Shown piece after piece: positions 1-7,604 of a stretch of DNA of 52,567 bases. The stretch is taken from IMG/VR virus record IMGVR_UViG_3300034104_007004, positions 1 through 52,567 of that record; one strand, 5' to 3'. Each line of letters opens with the position of its first letter. Positions within the stretch are counted from its first letter, which is position 1. Both the position numbers and the translations under genes were made by a program. The notes beneath the pieces are model-generated. The model did no database searches. It was not told the DNA's origin and saw only the letters and a program-made list of their open reading frames with translations. The stretch is from a virus (taxonomy: Duplodnaviria > Caudoviricetes).

Positions 1-918
1 TACACTTTGACCTGTAAATTGAGAGAAGTAACTTTCCCTATCTATACCGTTAGAATCAATTGAATTGAAGTATATTCCTCTGCCATTTATAGTCAATTCA
101 TTAGGGTTGGTAGTTCCTGTTTGGACTGCACCTTGGTTCATAATTGTATTACCTGTAGCTGGGAAGTTGTAAGGTAATACAATTAAATTAAATCCATAAC
201 CCGTCACAGGTATTGGACTTGTTGATGGTGTTGGGGTTAATGTTGGAGTTGGTTGAGGTTCTGATGTTGATGAAGGTGTTGGCGTTACTGGAACTTCAGT
301 TGAAGTTGCTGTTGGAGTTGGTTGAGGTTCTGATGTTGATGAAGGTGTTGGCGTTACTGGAACTTCAGTTGAAGTTGCTGTTGGAGTTGGTTGAGGTTCT
401 GATGTTGATGAAGGTGTTGGCGTTACTGGAACTTCAGTTGAAGTTGCTGTTGGAGTTGGTTGAGGTTCTGATGGTGTGGGTGTTAAGGTGGAGGTTAGTG
501 TTGGGGTAAGTGTTGGTAAAGCGGTTACAGATGGTGTTGGCGTTGGTGTTGGAGTTATTGACACCCAAGAATTCCAATAACCATTACTTGTTAACCATGT
601 TGACGCATCATTACCAGTTGCAAATGTTTGACCACTTGAGACATATTCCGCAATTTCAATAAAAGATGATTCGGTCAAAAACTCTGACCTGAAAAACCCT
701 ACCCCAGCAATTGGTCCATCAGGGCTTGGGTGGTTTTGTTCGGGAACTGAATAACATATTACATAACCTAAATCTTCATCAGGACCGTTCCACCATCTTA
801 CTCCTCCATATCCACCTGAATAATTTTGAGGTGTTATACCAATAGCAATTTGACCAACTTGTTCAGTTTCAGCAATTGGTGCTCCGGAGTTAAAGGCAAA
901 AGGACGAGCTGTGGGCAT
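1..918 (-). CDS. Pro/Thr-rich putative virion surface protein (runs off left end; absent from ORF track)
   Basis: ATG at 918 gives MPTARPFAFNSGAPIAETEQVGQIAIG...WWNGPDEDLGY..., then a TPTPTPS tract with 23-aa repeats; frame open to position 1; TATTTAT motif 16 nt upstream. Confidence 0.85.
   Translation of the reverse strand, partial: MPTARPFAFNSGAPIAETEQVGQIAIGITPQNYSGGYGGVRWWNGPDEDLGYVICYSVPEQNHPSPDGPIAGVGFFRSEFLTESSFIEIAEYVSSGQTFATGNDASTWLTSNGYWNSWVSITPTPTPTPSVTALPTLTPTLTSTLTPTPSEPQPTPTATSTEVPVTPTPSSTSEPQPTPTATSTEVPVTPTPSSTSEPQPTPTATSTEVPVTPTPSSTSEPQPTPTLTPTPSTSPIPVTGYGFNLIVLPYNFPATGNTIMNQGAVQTGTTNPNELTINGRGIYFNSIDSNGIDRESYFSQFTGQSV
242..473. repeat. 69-bp tandem repeat, about 3.3 copies
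   Basis: Unit gttggagttggttgaggttctgatgttgatgaaggtgttggcgttactggaacttcagttgaagttgct at 242, 311, 380 and partial at 449; encodes ATSTEVPVTPTPSSTSEPQPTPT on the minus strand. Confidence 0.95.
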
Positions 919-944
919 TTTTTTCTTGTTAATTATAAATACTC

Positions 945-976
945 TTTGGTTGTAAGTTTTTTCTTCACTATATTTG
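945..976 (+). promoter_or_regulatory. Bacteroidota primary-sigma promoter (-33 TTTG / -7 TAnnTTTG)
   Basis: TTTG 945-948, 20-nt spacer, TATATTTG 969-976, ORF starts at 996. Confidence 0.7.
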
Positions 977-995
977 TATTAAATTATTTTTTCAA

Positions 996-1910
996 ATGGC
1001 AAAGATTAAAGAAATCATTGAAATGGCCCCCGCTTCGTTCAAGATAAGTTTGTTGGATGTATTAATGGCGATGGATATGTCAAAAACAAAAAAATATGTT
1101 CCGTTAATGCTCAAGGTCATTCAAAACAAAAATGATGAAAATAACTCTAATAGAGTAGATGAAGATTTTAATGCTGAGATACAAGATTACTATGGAGTTT
1201 CGAATTTACCGGAAACTATTGACCCAAAAGTTGCTTACATGTTGTTGCAAATGATAGGTTCTGATACAACAAGAGATTTGATGAATTTTATGGATTCTTT
1301 TGAAAAGGGTTATTTTAAAGGTGTTGATATTACAACCATCACAACTAAAAAAGAATTAAGTCGGTTGAACGGTCTCACTGCTTTCAACAAAATTGGAAAA
1401 GAACTGGCAAAACAAGTTCAAAAAGATTTTGAGGATGAAGAATGGTTGGTTGTTCGACCTTTTACCTATGAATCATCAGTTAAGTACGGTTACGGTTCAA
1501 AATGGTGCACCTCAATGGAACAATCCGCTGAACAGTTTTTCCGTTATTCAAATAATGGCACACTGATTTATTGCCTAAACAAAAAAACAGGAGATAAAGT
1601 TGCGGCTTACTATGAAATAGGGGAAGGGATTTCTTTTTGGAGTGCTGAAGACAATAGAATAGATTCTATGTTTTCTAACTTACCAAATTACATTATGGGT
1701 GTCATTCGTGGAATTATTACTGAGAATCCTGTTACCAATGCCTCATTAAGTGTTAAAGTTTGGCAAAATTCGAAAAGTTTGTGGGACAAAAGTTGGAAAA
1801 AAGAACGCGTCTTGGAATCCCTCGATGAAACACAATTAGTAAATGTTAATGTTGAAGTTTTTACCCCCCAAGTTAATGATGGTACCGAGGTGTCTGAAAT
1901 CGAATGGTAA
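996..1910 (+). CDS. Conserved large-phage hypothetical protein (PcfJ-like KWCT motif)
   Basis: 304 aa ORF; WLVVRPFTYESSVKYGYGSKWCTS resembles a motif common in jumbo-phage proteins. Confidence 0.6.
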   Translation: MAKIKEIIEMAPASFKISLLDVLMAMDMSKTKKYVPLMLKVIQNKNDENNSNRVDEDFNAEIQDYYGVSNLPETIDPKVAYMLLQMIGSDTTRDLMNFMDSFEKGYFKGVDITTITTKKELSRLNGLTAFNKIGKELAKQVQKDFEDEEWLVVRPFTYESSVKYGYGSKWCTSMEQSAEQFFRYSNNGTLIYCLNKKTGDKVAAYYEIGEGISFWSAEDNRIDSMFSNLPNYIMGVIRGIITENPVTNASLSVKVWQNSKSLWDKSWKKERVLESLDETQLVNVNVEVFTPQVNDGTEVSEIEW

Positions 1911-1957
1911 ATTCCTGTAATTTACATTTTTAACAGAGTAGTTACCTTAAAGGTATT

Positions 1958-2749
1958 ATGTTTAACAAAACTTGTTTGCTCATTTATATTGGTAACGGAT
2001 ATTCTGAAAATAGCCCCTCCTATGATGATGCTTATACCTATTCCGTAGATATGCGAGATAACCGAGACAATCATAATAAGATGATTGTGGAACCTCTAAA
2101 GGAGGCTGGTTACAACGTAGATACTATGATTGTGACGAACAAACACAAGTATTACGATAAGTTTGTTGAAGAATATGGTGCAATCCCAATTGAATACGAC
2201 GAGGTTTCTCAAAGTGATTTGAAACTCATGACCAAAATGTATGAGTTTAAAGTTCCTGAAAAGTGGGGACCTGGTAACTTCAGAAGTGGCGGTAGATTTT
2301 TAAAACTTCACCGACCATTTCCTGACCATTATGACCAATATGTTTTTGTAAGGGCAGACGCTCATCTCAAAATGAGACTTGATGAGTTTAAGATTGACGA
2401 TAATAAAATGAATTATTTATGGGGTGAAACTGATTTCAGATATTTCACTGACATGAGACAAAAGTTTCTTGATAACTTGGGACCCGAAAGTTGGTTTTGG
2501 GATAACTATAATCGAGTAGCTGGGAATGTCTTGAGTGTTGTACCCAAGAAATATATCAAAGTTTTTTTATCTTACTATTGGCTCGAACATCTATCACTAC
2601 ATGGTATGATTCGGGATTTATCACCATTGATTACGGTTGAAAATGACGTAAACATCATGATGGGATTGGATAACTTTTATGTTACCGATATCAGATTTAC
2701 GGAAAACCCCGTCTATACATTCAATAAGAAAGATAAAAAACCATCATAG
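1958..2749 (+). CDS. Hypothetical protein, possibly glycosyltransferase-like
   Basis: 263 aa; YDQYVFVRAD resembles YDLVLLTRYD in 51826-52567. Confidence 0.5.
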   Translation: MFNKTCLLIYIGNGYSENSPSYDDAYTYSVDMRDNRDNHNKMIVEPLKEAGYNVDTMIVTNKHKYYDKFVEEYGAIPIEYDEVSQSDLKLMTKMYEFKVPEKWGPGNFRSGGRFLKLHRPFPDHYDQYVFVRADAHLKMRLDEFKIDDNKMNYLWGETDFRYFTDMRQKFLDNLGPESWFWDNYNRVAGNVLSVVPKKYIKVFLSYYWLEHLSLHGMIRDLSPLITVENDVNIMMGLDNFYVTDIRFTENPVYTFNKKDKKPS

Positions 2750-2780
2750 TTTGGTGTTTTGAGTTTTTATTGTATATTTG
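2750..2780 (+). promoter_or_regulatory. Bacteroidota primary-sigma promoter for tRNA-Ala
   Basis: TTTG 2750-2753, 19-nt spacer, TATATTTG 2773-2780, tRNA starts at 2793. Confidence 0.75.
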
Positions 2781-2792
2781 TAAAAGAATTAA

Positions 2793-2866
2793 GGGCTATT
2801 AGCTCAGTTGGCTAGAGCATCTGCTTTGCACGCAGAGGGTCGGGGGTTCGAGTCCCTCATGGTCCA
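2793..2866 (+). tRNA. tRNA-Ala(TGC)
   Basis: GGGCTAT/ATGGTCC acceptor with G3:U70, anticodon arm TCTGC-TTTGCAC-GCAGA, TTCGAGT T-loop; CCA not encoded. Confidence 0.95.
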
Positions 2867-2894
2867 CATAATATGATTTTAAAAAACTAACAAT

Positions 2895-3053
2895 ATGTCA
2901 AAAAAGTATAGTGATAAACGGAAAGAATCTTGGAATCCTGAGGATTGGCAAGGTCGAAAAAAAGAACAGGTTGAATTTAATTATTTGATGGTAGGTGTTT
3001 CATTGACTATCTTTTTGTTATCAATTGTAGCATCTTTATTATTTATTCTTTAA
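2895..3053 (+). CDS. Small membrane protein, 52 aa (below ORF-track cutoff)
   Basis: MSKKYSDKRKESWNPEDWQGRKKEQVEFNYLMVGVSLTIFLLSIVASLLFIL; C-terminal hydrophobic helix; fills the gap before 3057. Confidence 0.7.
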   Translation: MSKKYSDKRKESWNPEDWQGRKKEQVEFNYLMVGVSLTIFLLSIVASLLFIL

Positions 3054-3056
3054 TTT

Positions 3057-3689
3057 ATGTCAGTTCTTAATTCAAATATTCCAAGTTTCAAAGGGTTTGT
3101 AAGAAAATCTTTTTTTACAAAAAATGAACTTGACAAAGATGATTTTTTCAATGTTTACGTCTTTGCAATTCAATCTATTTCAGGGAAAATACTTACATTT
3201 CATGTCATGACAGATGATGGGATGGTTAGAAATAGAATACCATTATCTGAAGTATACACAAAAATTCCAACAAACGATATCCCCTTCAATTATAAACAAC
3301 TTTGGGATTGTTTTAGCGAGAATGTTTCTGTTATTGACTACGACTTTTTATCGTTTCACCGAGCACAAATTGTGTTAAGAGACGGTTCAAAAGTTTGGGG
3401 AACTTATATTTTTACTGTTGATTGGTATAATAACCCCTACAGTGATGAACCATCAGATTACAAGTGTGGGCATATTTTCAAATCAGACGAGGGATATCTA
3501 CTTTGTCAACCAAACAACAGAATTTTTTGGAGGGACTCCAATTGGGTAACCAAAAAACTACCTGATGATTTAAAACAATTCAAAGTGGATACCGATTTAC
3601 CCTCAGTTGAAAACCAATCTGACCGATGGGTCACCGAAGATTCTAACAATTTTTATTACGACATTAGAGAAAATGATACGACGACCTGA
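3057..3689 (+). CDS. Conserved phage hypothetical protein
   Basis: 210 aa; motifs QLWDCFS, YIFTVDW, YKCGH, QPNNRI. Confidence 0.7.
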   Translation: MSVLNSNIPSFKGFVRKSFFTKNELDKDDFFNVYVFAIQSISGKILTFHVMTDDGMVRNRIPLSEVYTKIPTNDIPFNYKQLWDCFSENVSVIDYDFLSFHRAQIVLRDGSKVWGTYIFTVDWYNNPYSDEPSDYKCGHIFKSDEGYLLCQPNNRIFWRDSNWVTKKLPDDLKQFKVDTDLPSVENQSDRWVTEDSNNFYYDIRENDTTT

Positions 3690-3873
3690 TTTACGAAATG
3701 AAAGTCCTTGGATTAAAGTAGATAAACAAACTTACCAAATTCTTCAAATTGGTAGTTGGGAAGAAATTAACGAATCCGAAATTAATGGACACACAATGAC
3801 ACTTTCAATTTATGATTTGATTTGTGAGGACCGTTACGACAAAAAACTTATCGACGGGGTAGAAAATTCCTGA
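3673..3873 (+). CDS. Hypothetical protein (likely start ATG 3673)
   Basis: MIRRPDLRNE...; short overlap with the upstream gene. Confidence 0.55.
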   Translation: MIRRPDLRNESPWIKVDKQTYQILQIGSWEEINESEINGHTMTLSIYDLICEDRYDKKLIDGVENS

Positions 3874-3874
3874 T

Positions 3875-3905
3875 TTTGAATATTCAGTTTTTCTTCGTAT
3901 ATTTG
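3875..3905 (+). promoter_or_regulatory. Bacteroidota primary-sigma promoter
   Basis: TTTG 3875-3878, 19-nt spacer, TATATTTG 3898-3905, ATG at 3910 (nearly leaderless). Confidence 0.65.
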
Positions 3906-3909
3906 TTGG

Positions 3910-4509
3910 ATGAAAGTTTTATTCTTAGATAACGATGGGGTAATTTGTCTCTCCAATAATTGGGGTGGACGAACCAAGAAATGGGCTAAATACCGTTCTA
4001 AGAACCCTTCTTCTCCTGAGTCAAAGTCCGAAGCTCCCGTTGATGTTAGATTCGATAATTTCGATGAAAAATCAGTTAGAATTCTGAATGAGATTTTGAA
4101 AAAGACAGGTTCTGAAATTGTTGTCAGTTCTGATTGGAGATTCCACGCTACTTTGAACGAGTTGGGTGAATATTACCTATCACAAGGTGTCTGCAAAAAA
4201 CCTATCGCAACGACCGATATGTTTAAAGATATATTTCCATCTGAATGGGCAAAACTGAGATTCAGGGCTGACTTAGAATTAGAAAGAAGTATGGAAATTC
4301 AACATTGGTTGGATAATCATTCAGAAGTGACTCATTGGGTTGCGGTTGATGATTTGAACATGTCAATTGAGTTCTTAAGTAGTTATTTTGACTCTAAGGA
4401 TGGTTCAGAGAACAAACCAGGTCTCACGAATTTTGTTTTGACACCCAACTCAAACGAAGGAATAAAACAATCAGGTGTAAAAGAAAAAATCCTTAATTTT
4501 TTGTTATGA
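3910..4509 (+). CDS. HAD-superfamily hydrolase, HAD_SAK_2 (Swiss-army-knife RNA repair) type
   Basis: KVLFLDNDGVI motif I, IVVSSDWR motif II, WVAVDD motif IV. Confidence 0.8.
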   Translation: MKVLFLDNDGVICLSNNWGGRTKKWAKYRSKNPSSPESKSEAPVDVRFDNFDEKSVRILNEILKKTGSEIVVSSDWRFHATLNELGEYYLSQGVCKKPIATTDMFKDIFPSEWAKLRFRADLELERSMEIQHWLDNHSEVTHWVAVDDLNMSIEFLSSYFDSKDGSENKPGLTNFVLTPNSNEGIKQSGVKEKILNFLL

Positions 4510-4694
4510 AGTACTTAACTTATTTGATAATAACTCTCGCTTTCTTATCTTTGATAGCGTACGTCATTTGGCTCACGGATAATCCAATGTGGATTCTTAT
4601 GGTGTTTTTCGCACCATTGTTCAAGGACCTCCTGAAAGATTCAGATGACGACAATGACGATGAACCAAATAAAAACACTCAATTAAATGGCTAA
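4506..4694 (+). CDS. Small two-TM membrane protein
   Basis: Two hydrophobic segments then an acidic tail; overlaps both neighbours. Confidence 0.65.
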   Translation: MKYLTYLIITLAFLSLIAYVIWLTDNPMWILMVFFAPLFKDLLKDSDDDNDDEPNKNTQLNG

Positions 4695-5337
4695 ATATAA
4701 ACTCCTTGTGAACGGATACGGATTAGACGGTTCCGCCCACACACTTACTGATGAAGAAGTTCAAACCATCCTATCTTTCAAAGAAAAAGAAGGTTATCAA
4801 AATTTGAGTGAGATGTACATGGACCTCCCTGAAATCTTGGAGGATTATGACCACTACACGACAAACTATTGGGTTACTACAACAACAATTGCAACTGAAA
4901 GTTTACACTTTGTGTTACTGAGTGAAAATGGCGAGGTTGTTTGGGATGTAAAACTTGATGAGTTAGACCGTCTCATGGATAAATTTGAGTATCCTGAAAA
5001 TGCCGAGGACCATGATAAGGATATTAATGGTGTTCCCTACGAAGGAAAAGAAAATATCTTACTTGTTTACGAAACCACCAAAGGCACAATGTTCGGGTTT
5101 GATATTGAGTCCGAAGAGGAACCAAAAGCAACTGATTTTGCTGTAACCATACAATCTATGGAAACACCGAAATACGAAGAGGAGTTGGTCTCAAAGGTAT
5201 TCTTCAAGGGTCAGGAGATGGAACGTAACTACGATGAGGAAAACTACCGTGGTAAGAGTCTGACTGTGGAACTCTTCACAATGGACGACCTTGACAACGA
5301 AGATGATTGGGATGATGATGACGATTCGGAAGAATAG
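4687..5337 (+). CDS. Acidic hypothetical protein
   Basis: 216 aa ORF, D/E-rich. Confidence 0.7.
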   Translation: MAKYKLLVNGYGLDGSAHTLTDEEVQTILSFKEKEGYQNLSEMYMDLPEILEDYDHYTTNYWVTTTTIATESLHFVLLSENGEVVWDVKLDELDRLMDKFEYPENAEDHDKDINGVPYEGKENILLVYETTKGTMFGFDIESEEEPKATDFAVTIQSMETPKYEEELVSKVFFKGQEMERNYDEENYRGKSLTVELFTMDDLDNEDDWDDDDDSEE

Positions 5338-5346
5338 TTGTCTTTA

Positions 5347-5431
5347 GGAAGGTTGGCAGAGTGGTAATGCAGCGGTTTGCTAAACCGTACATCAATAAAA
5401 TGATGCGTGGGTTCGAGTCCCTCACTTTCCG
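5347..5431 (+). tRNA. tRNA-Ser(GCT)
   Basis: GGAAGGT acceptor, anticodon arm GCGGT-TTGCTAA-ACCGT, long variable arm, TTCGAGT T-loop, G73. Confidence 0.92.
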
Positions 5432-5437
5432 CAAAAG

Positions 5438-5464
5438 AAAAGGGACCAATTGGTCCCTTTTTTT
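5438..5464. terminator. Bidirectional intrinsic terminator
   Basis: aaaagggacc-aatt-ggtccctttttt between convergent genes. Confidence 0.85.
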
Positions 5465-6191
5465 ATTCTTCAGTATTTTGTTCTTTTCTAAGAGGTCGAT
5501 AGAAGGTAATTAAATCGTAGAGTTTTTCCCTTGGTTGTTCGACGGATTCTCCTAATCCCAACATCCTTCCTGCTTTACCAAAAAATTTACCTAAACCCTG
5601 TTTTTTGGCAAAATTAAGAATTTTACCAATATTTTCAGATGGTTCTTTTTCACCAAAGACATTATATCCGTCTTCTTCTGAAGTCTTACTCCCTTCGGAT
5701 TTTTCTCCTGTGTTAGAAATATGGAGATGGTTGAAGTGATTACCACCAGTATTGGTTTGCCAAAAAATTACTTTTGGATGAGCGTTTTCATCATCTGGGT
5801 TCCACACATAACCCATCTTAACAAGGGCGTCTTTTAACTTGTTTCCCTTCTCTCTGAATTGAGAGTTTCCAGTGGTGGAACTATTTGCTCCTCCCGAATT
5901 TCTACCGTCTATCACGGATACATCCACGGCTTGGTTACTTTTGTGTCTACTACCTTTACCTGTCTGAGCAGAAGGGTGGTCAGTTTTTACTGTGGTGATT
6001 TTTGGTTTCAGACCTACAGTTTGGGCAGCTTGTTCCAAATCATCCAAAAGAGCTCTATTGATGAGGTCTCCTGAAATATCGTCGTCGATTTCAATATATT
6101 CATAGTCACCATCTGATAACTTAATTAAATCCTCATTGAGCTTCATTAAAGAACGCATCTTGGTTAACTCCTCACGTAAAAGTTCTTTCAT
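5463..6191 (-). CDS. M15-like (Hedgehog/DD-peptidase fold) zinc peptidoglycan peptidase
   Basis: SRHKSNQAVDV (SxHxxxxAxD) and HFNHLHIS zinc-ligand motifs; N-terminal LLREELTKMRSLM leader. Confidence 0.7.
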   Translation of the reverse strand: MKELLREELTKMRSLMKLNEDLIKLSDGDYEYIEIDDDISGDLINRALLDDLEQAAQTVGLKPKITTVKTDHPSAQTGKGSRHKSNQAVDVSVIDGRNSGGANSSTTGNSQFREKGNKLKDALVKMGYVWNPDDENAHPKVIFWQTNTGGNHFNHLHISNTGEKSEGSKTSEEDGYNVFGEKEPSENIGKILNFAKKQGLGKFFGKAGRMLGLGESVEQPREKLYDLITFYRPLRKEQNTEE

Positions 6192-6217
6192 AACTATAAA
6201 TACTCCGAAAAGAGGAA

Positions 6218-6294
6218 TGGAGCGAAAGAGGGGATTCGAACCCCCGACCCTCGGCGTGACAGGCCGATATTCTAACCAACTGAACTACCGCACC
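6218..6294 (-). tRNA. Chimeric tRNA-Asp(GTC) with a Gly-type 3' acceptor strand (possible pseudogene)
   Basis: 5' GGTGCGG, D arm, anticodon TCGGC-CTGTCAC-GCCGA and T arm are intact; 3' strand CTTTCGC-T-CCA does not pair with the 5' strand in register. Confidence 0.75.
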
Positions 6295-6300
6295 AAAAAT

Positions 6301-6380
6301 AAAGAGTCGAGGCAGGAATCGAACCTATCGCATCACATCGCAAAAAAGGACTGCTCTACCACTGAGCTACTCGACTCTTT
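6301..6380 (-). pseudogene. tRNA-like element lacking an anticodon stem
   Basis: 11-bp terminal stem aaagagtcgag/ctcgactcttt, canonical TAGCTCAGTGGTAGAGCA D arm, AGG-TTCGATT-CCT T arm; middle GTCCTTTTTTGCGATGTGATGCG cannot form a standard anticodon stem. Confidence 0.7.
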
Positions 6381-6401
6381 AAAAAAAGATACAACAAAAT
6401 T

Positions 6402-6788
6402 TCAAAAAACAAAATTTTCAGATAAATGTATTTTGTTTTGTTGATTATTCTTTGTTTTTTCAAGTCTGAGATAAAGACTTGTTGTAGTTTCATCAAATTT
6501 AGATGGTTCTACTTTATAACATATTTCTGTAATCGAATCAACTAAAATAATCCAATCAACAGTTTCCTTATAAGACACACCAGTTTCAGAGTAAAGTTTA
6601 CACCTAATAGTACCATTTTTTGGTGTAACAAACTTTACTTGAACTCTTTTTATCACACCAAATTTATCATCACAAATAATGTCATATGGACAATCATCAC
6701 CAAATGGTTTAGACACCCAATACCCTTTTTTTAGAAGGTGGGTCATAACCAATAACTCACCGATATCACCTTTTATATTAGTTCTCAT
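6402..6788 (-). CDS. PD-(D/E)XK endonuclease (PDDEXK_5 / intron-associated homing type)
   Basis: KGDIGELLV...KKGYWVSKPFGDDCPYDII...KRVQVK. Confidence 0.8.
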   Translation of the reverse strand: MRTNIKGDIGELLVMTHLLKKGYWVSKPFGDDCPYDIICDDKFGVIKRVQVKFVTPKNGTIRCKLYSETGVSYKETVDWIILVDSITEICYKVEPSKFDETTTSLYLRLEKTKNNQQNKIHLSENFVF

Positions 6789-6842
6789 ATTTTATAAATA
6801 TCGTAGAGTATAACAAAGGGTATGTAATGGTTTGATAAAAAG

Positions 6843-6915
6843 AGCGAAAGACCGGATTCGAACCGGCGACCCTGAGTTTGGTAAACTCATGCTCTACCAA
6901 CTGAGCTACTTTCGC
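6843..6915 (-). tRNA. tRNA-Gly with ACC anticodon
   Basis: GCGAAAG/CTTTCGC acceptor, U73, anticodon arm TGAGT-TTACCAA-ACTCA, T arm GCCGG-TTCGAAT-CCGGT. Confidence 0.9.
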
Positions 6916-6923
6916 AAAAAAGA

Positions 6924-6975
6924 AGACCCGGGCCCAACAAGCCGTGAAAACACGGAAGGGCCCTTTTGAAGGTCT
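6924..6975. other. GC-rich nested hairpin between the two tRNA-Gly genes
   Basis: agacc/ggtct encloses gggccc/gggccc, which encloses ccgtg-aaaa-cacgg. Confidence 0.55.
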
Positions 6976-6981
6976 AATTTG

Positions 6982-7054
6982 AGCGGTAAACAGGATTCGA
7001 ACCTGCGACCCCGTACTTGGAAGGAACGTGCTCTACCAACTGAGCTATTACCGC
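6982..7054 (-). tRNA. tRNA-Gly(TCC)
   Basis: GCGGTAA/TTACCGC acceptor, U73, anticodon loop CTTCCAA, T arm GCAGG-TTCGAAT-CCTGT. Confidence 0.92.
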
Positions 7055-7192
7055 TTATCTGAAATATGTTGTGTCACCATGGATATTGTCCCATTCACAA
7101 ACGAAGGTTGTCTCAGGTTTTTCTACCTTTTCGACTACTTCGTCCAACGTAAACATATAATCCAAGTGGTCCTCGGGTGATTTTGTATTCAT
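7055..7192 (-). CDS. Small hypothetical protein, 45 aa
   Basis: MNTKSPEDHLDYMFTLDEVVEKVEKPETTFVCEWDNIHGDTTYFR fills the spacer between tRNAs. Confidence 0.55.
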   Translation of the reverse strand: MNTKSPEDHLDYMFTLDEVVEKVEKPETTFVCEWDNIHGDTTYFR

Positions 7193-7209
7193 TTAGTTTA
7201 ATAATGTTG

Positions 7210-7281
7210 AGCCGGCGGAGGGATTTGAACCCCCGACCAGCGGTTTACAAAACCGCTGCTCTACCACTGAGCTACGCTGGC
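7210..7281 (-). tRNA. tRNA-Thr(TGT)
   Basis: GCCAGCG/CGCCGGC acceptor (one A-C mismatch), anticodon arm GCGGT-TTTGTAA-ACCGC, TTCAAAT T-loop. Confidence 0.92.
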
Positions 7282-7313
7282 TTATAAATTTAAATATATT
7301 TAGTCAAAGAACT

Positions 7314-7490
7314 TTATTCAGAAATGTCGCTTTTGTCAAGGTCTGAGAGGGAAATTTCTTGATTTTTCCACGCTTTCCAAACATCAAAGTCTTTAAGTTC
7401 CTCCAATACCTCTTCACGAAGGAGAATGTATCCTTCAGGAGCCACGGTTGAGAACCTGACTTTTTTTATTTGGTCACGTGTTGGTTTCAT
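7314..7490 (-). CDS. Small hypothetical protein, 58 aa
   Basis: MKPTRDQIKKVRFSTVAPEGYILLREEVLEELKDFDVWKAWKNQEISLSDLDKSDISE. Confidence 0.6.
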   Translation of the reverse strand: MKPTRDQIKKVRFSTVAPEGYILLREEVLEELKDFDVWKAWKNQEISLSDLDKSDISE

Positions 7491-7498
7491 AAATTTAG

Positions 7499-7572
7499 TA
7501 CCCCGAAAAGGATTCGAACCTTTGACCTACGCATTAGAAGTGCGTTGCTCTATCCAGCTGAGCTACCGAGGC
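7499..7572 (-). tRNA. tRNA-Arg(TCT)
   Basis: GCCTCGG/TCGGGGT acceptor, anticodon arm ACGCA-CTTCTAA-TGCGT, T arm AAAGG-TTCGAAT-CCTTT; TATATTTG promoter element at 7585-7592. Confidence 0.95.
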
Positions 7573-7604
7573 GTTTTACTTGTACAAATATAAGAACAAA
7601 TTCT

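Noticed and set aside
242-473. Possible CRISPR array
   Set aside because: Units are contiguous 69-bp copies with no unique spacers and lie in frame within a coding gene
213-509. ORF-track 98-aa Leu/Val-rich plus-strand ORF
   Set aside because: Antisense shadow of the Pro/Thr repeat gene on the minus strand
6136-6444. 102-aa plus-strand ORF (also 9399-9785)
   Set aside because: Reads through antisense tRNA sequence (GFEPPT, GIRTPG signatures); not a real gene
6220-6873. Integrated element bounded by att-like direct repeats (gagcgaaaga..ggattcgaacc..cgaccct)
   Set aside because: The similarity is explained by tRNA 3' halves with compensatory T-stem differences; no integrase is present
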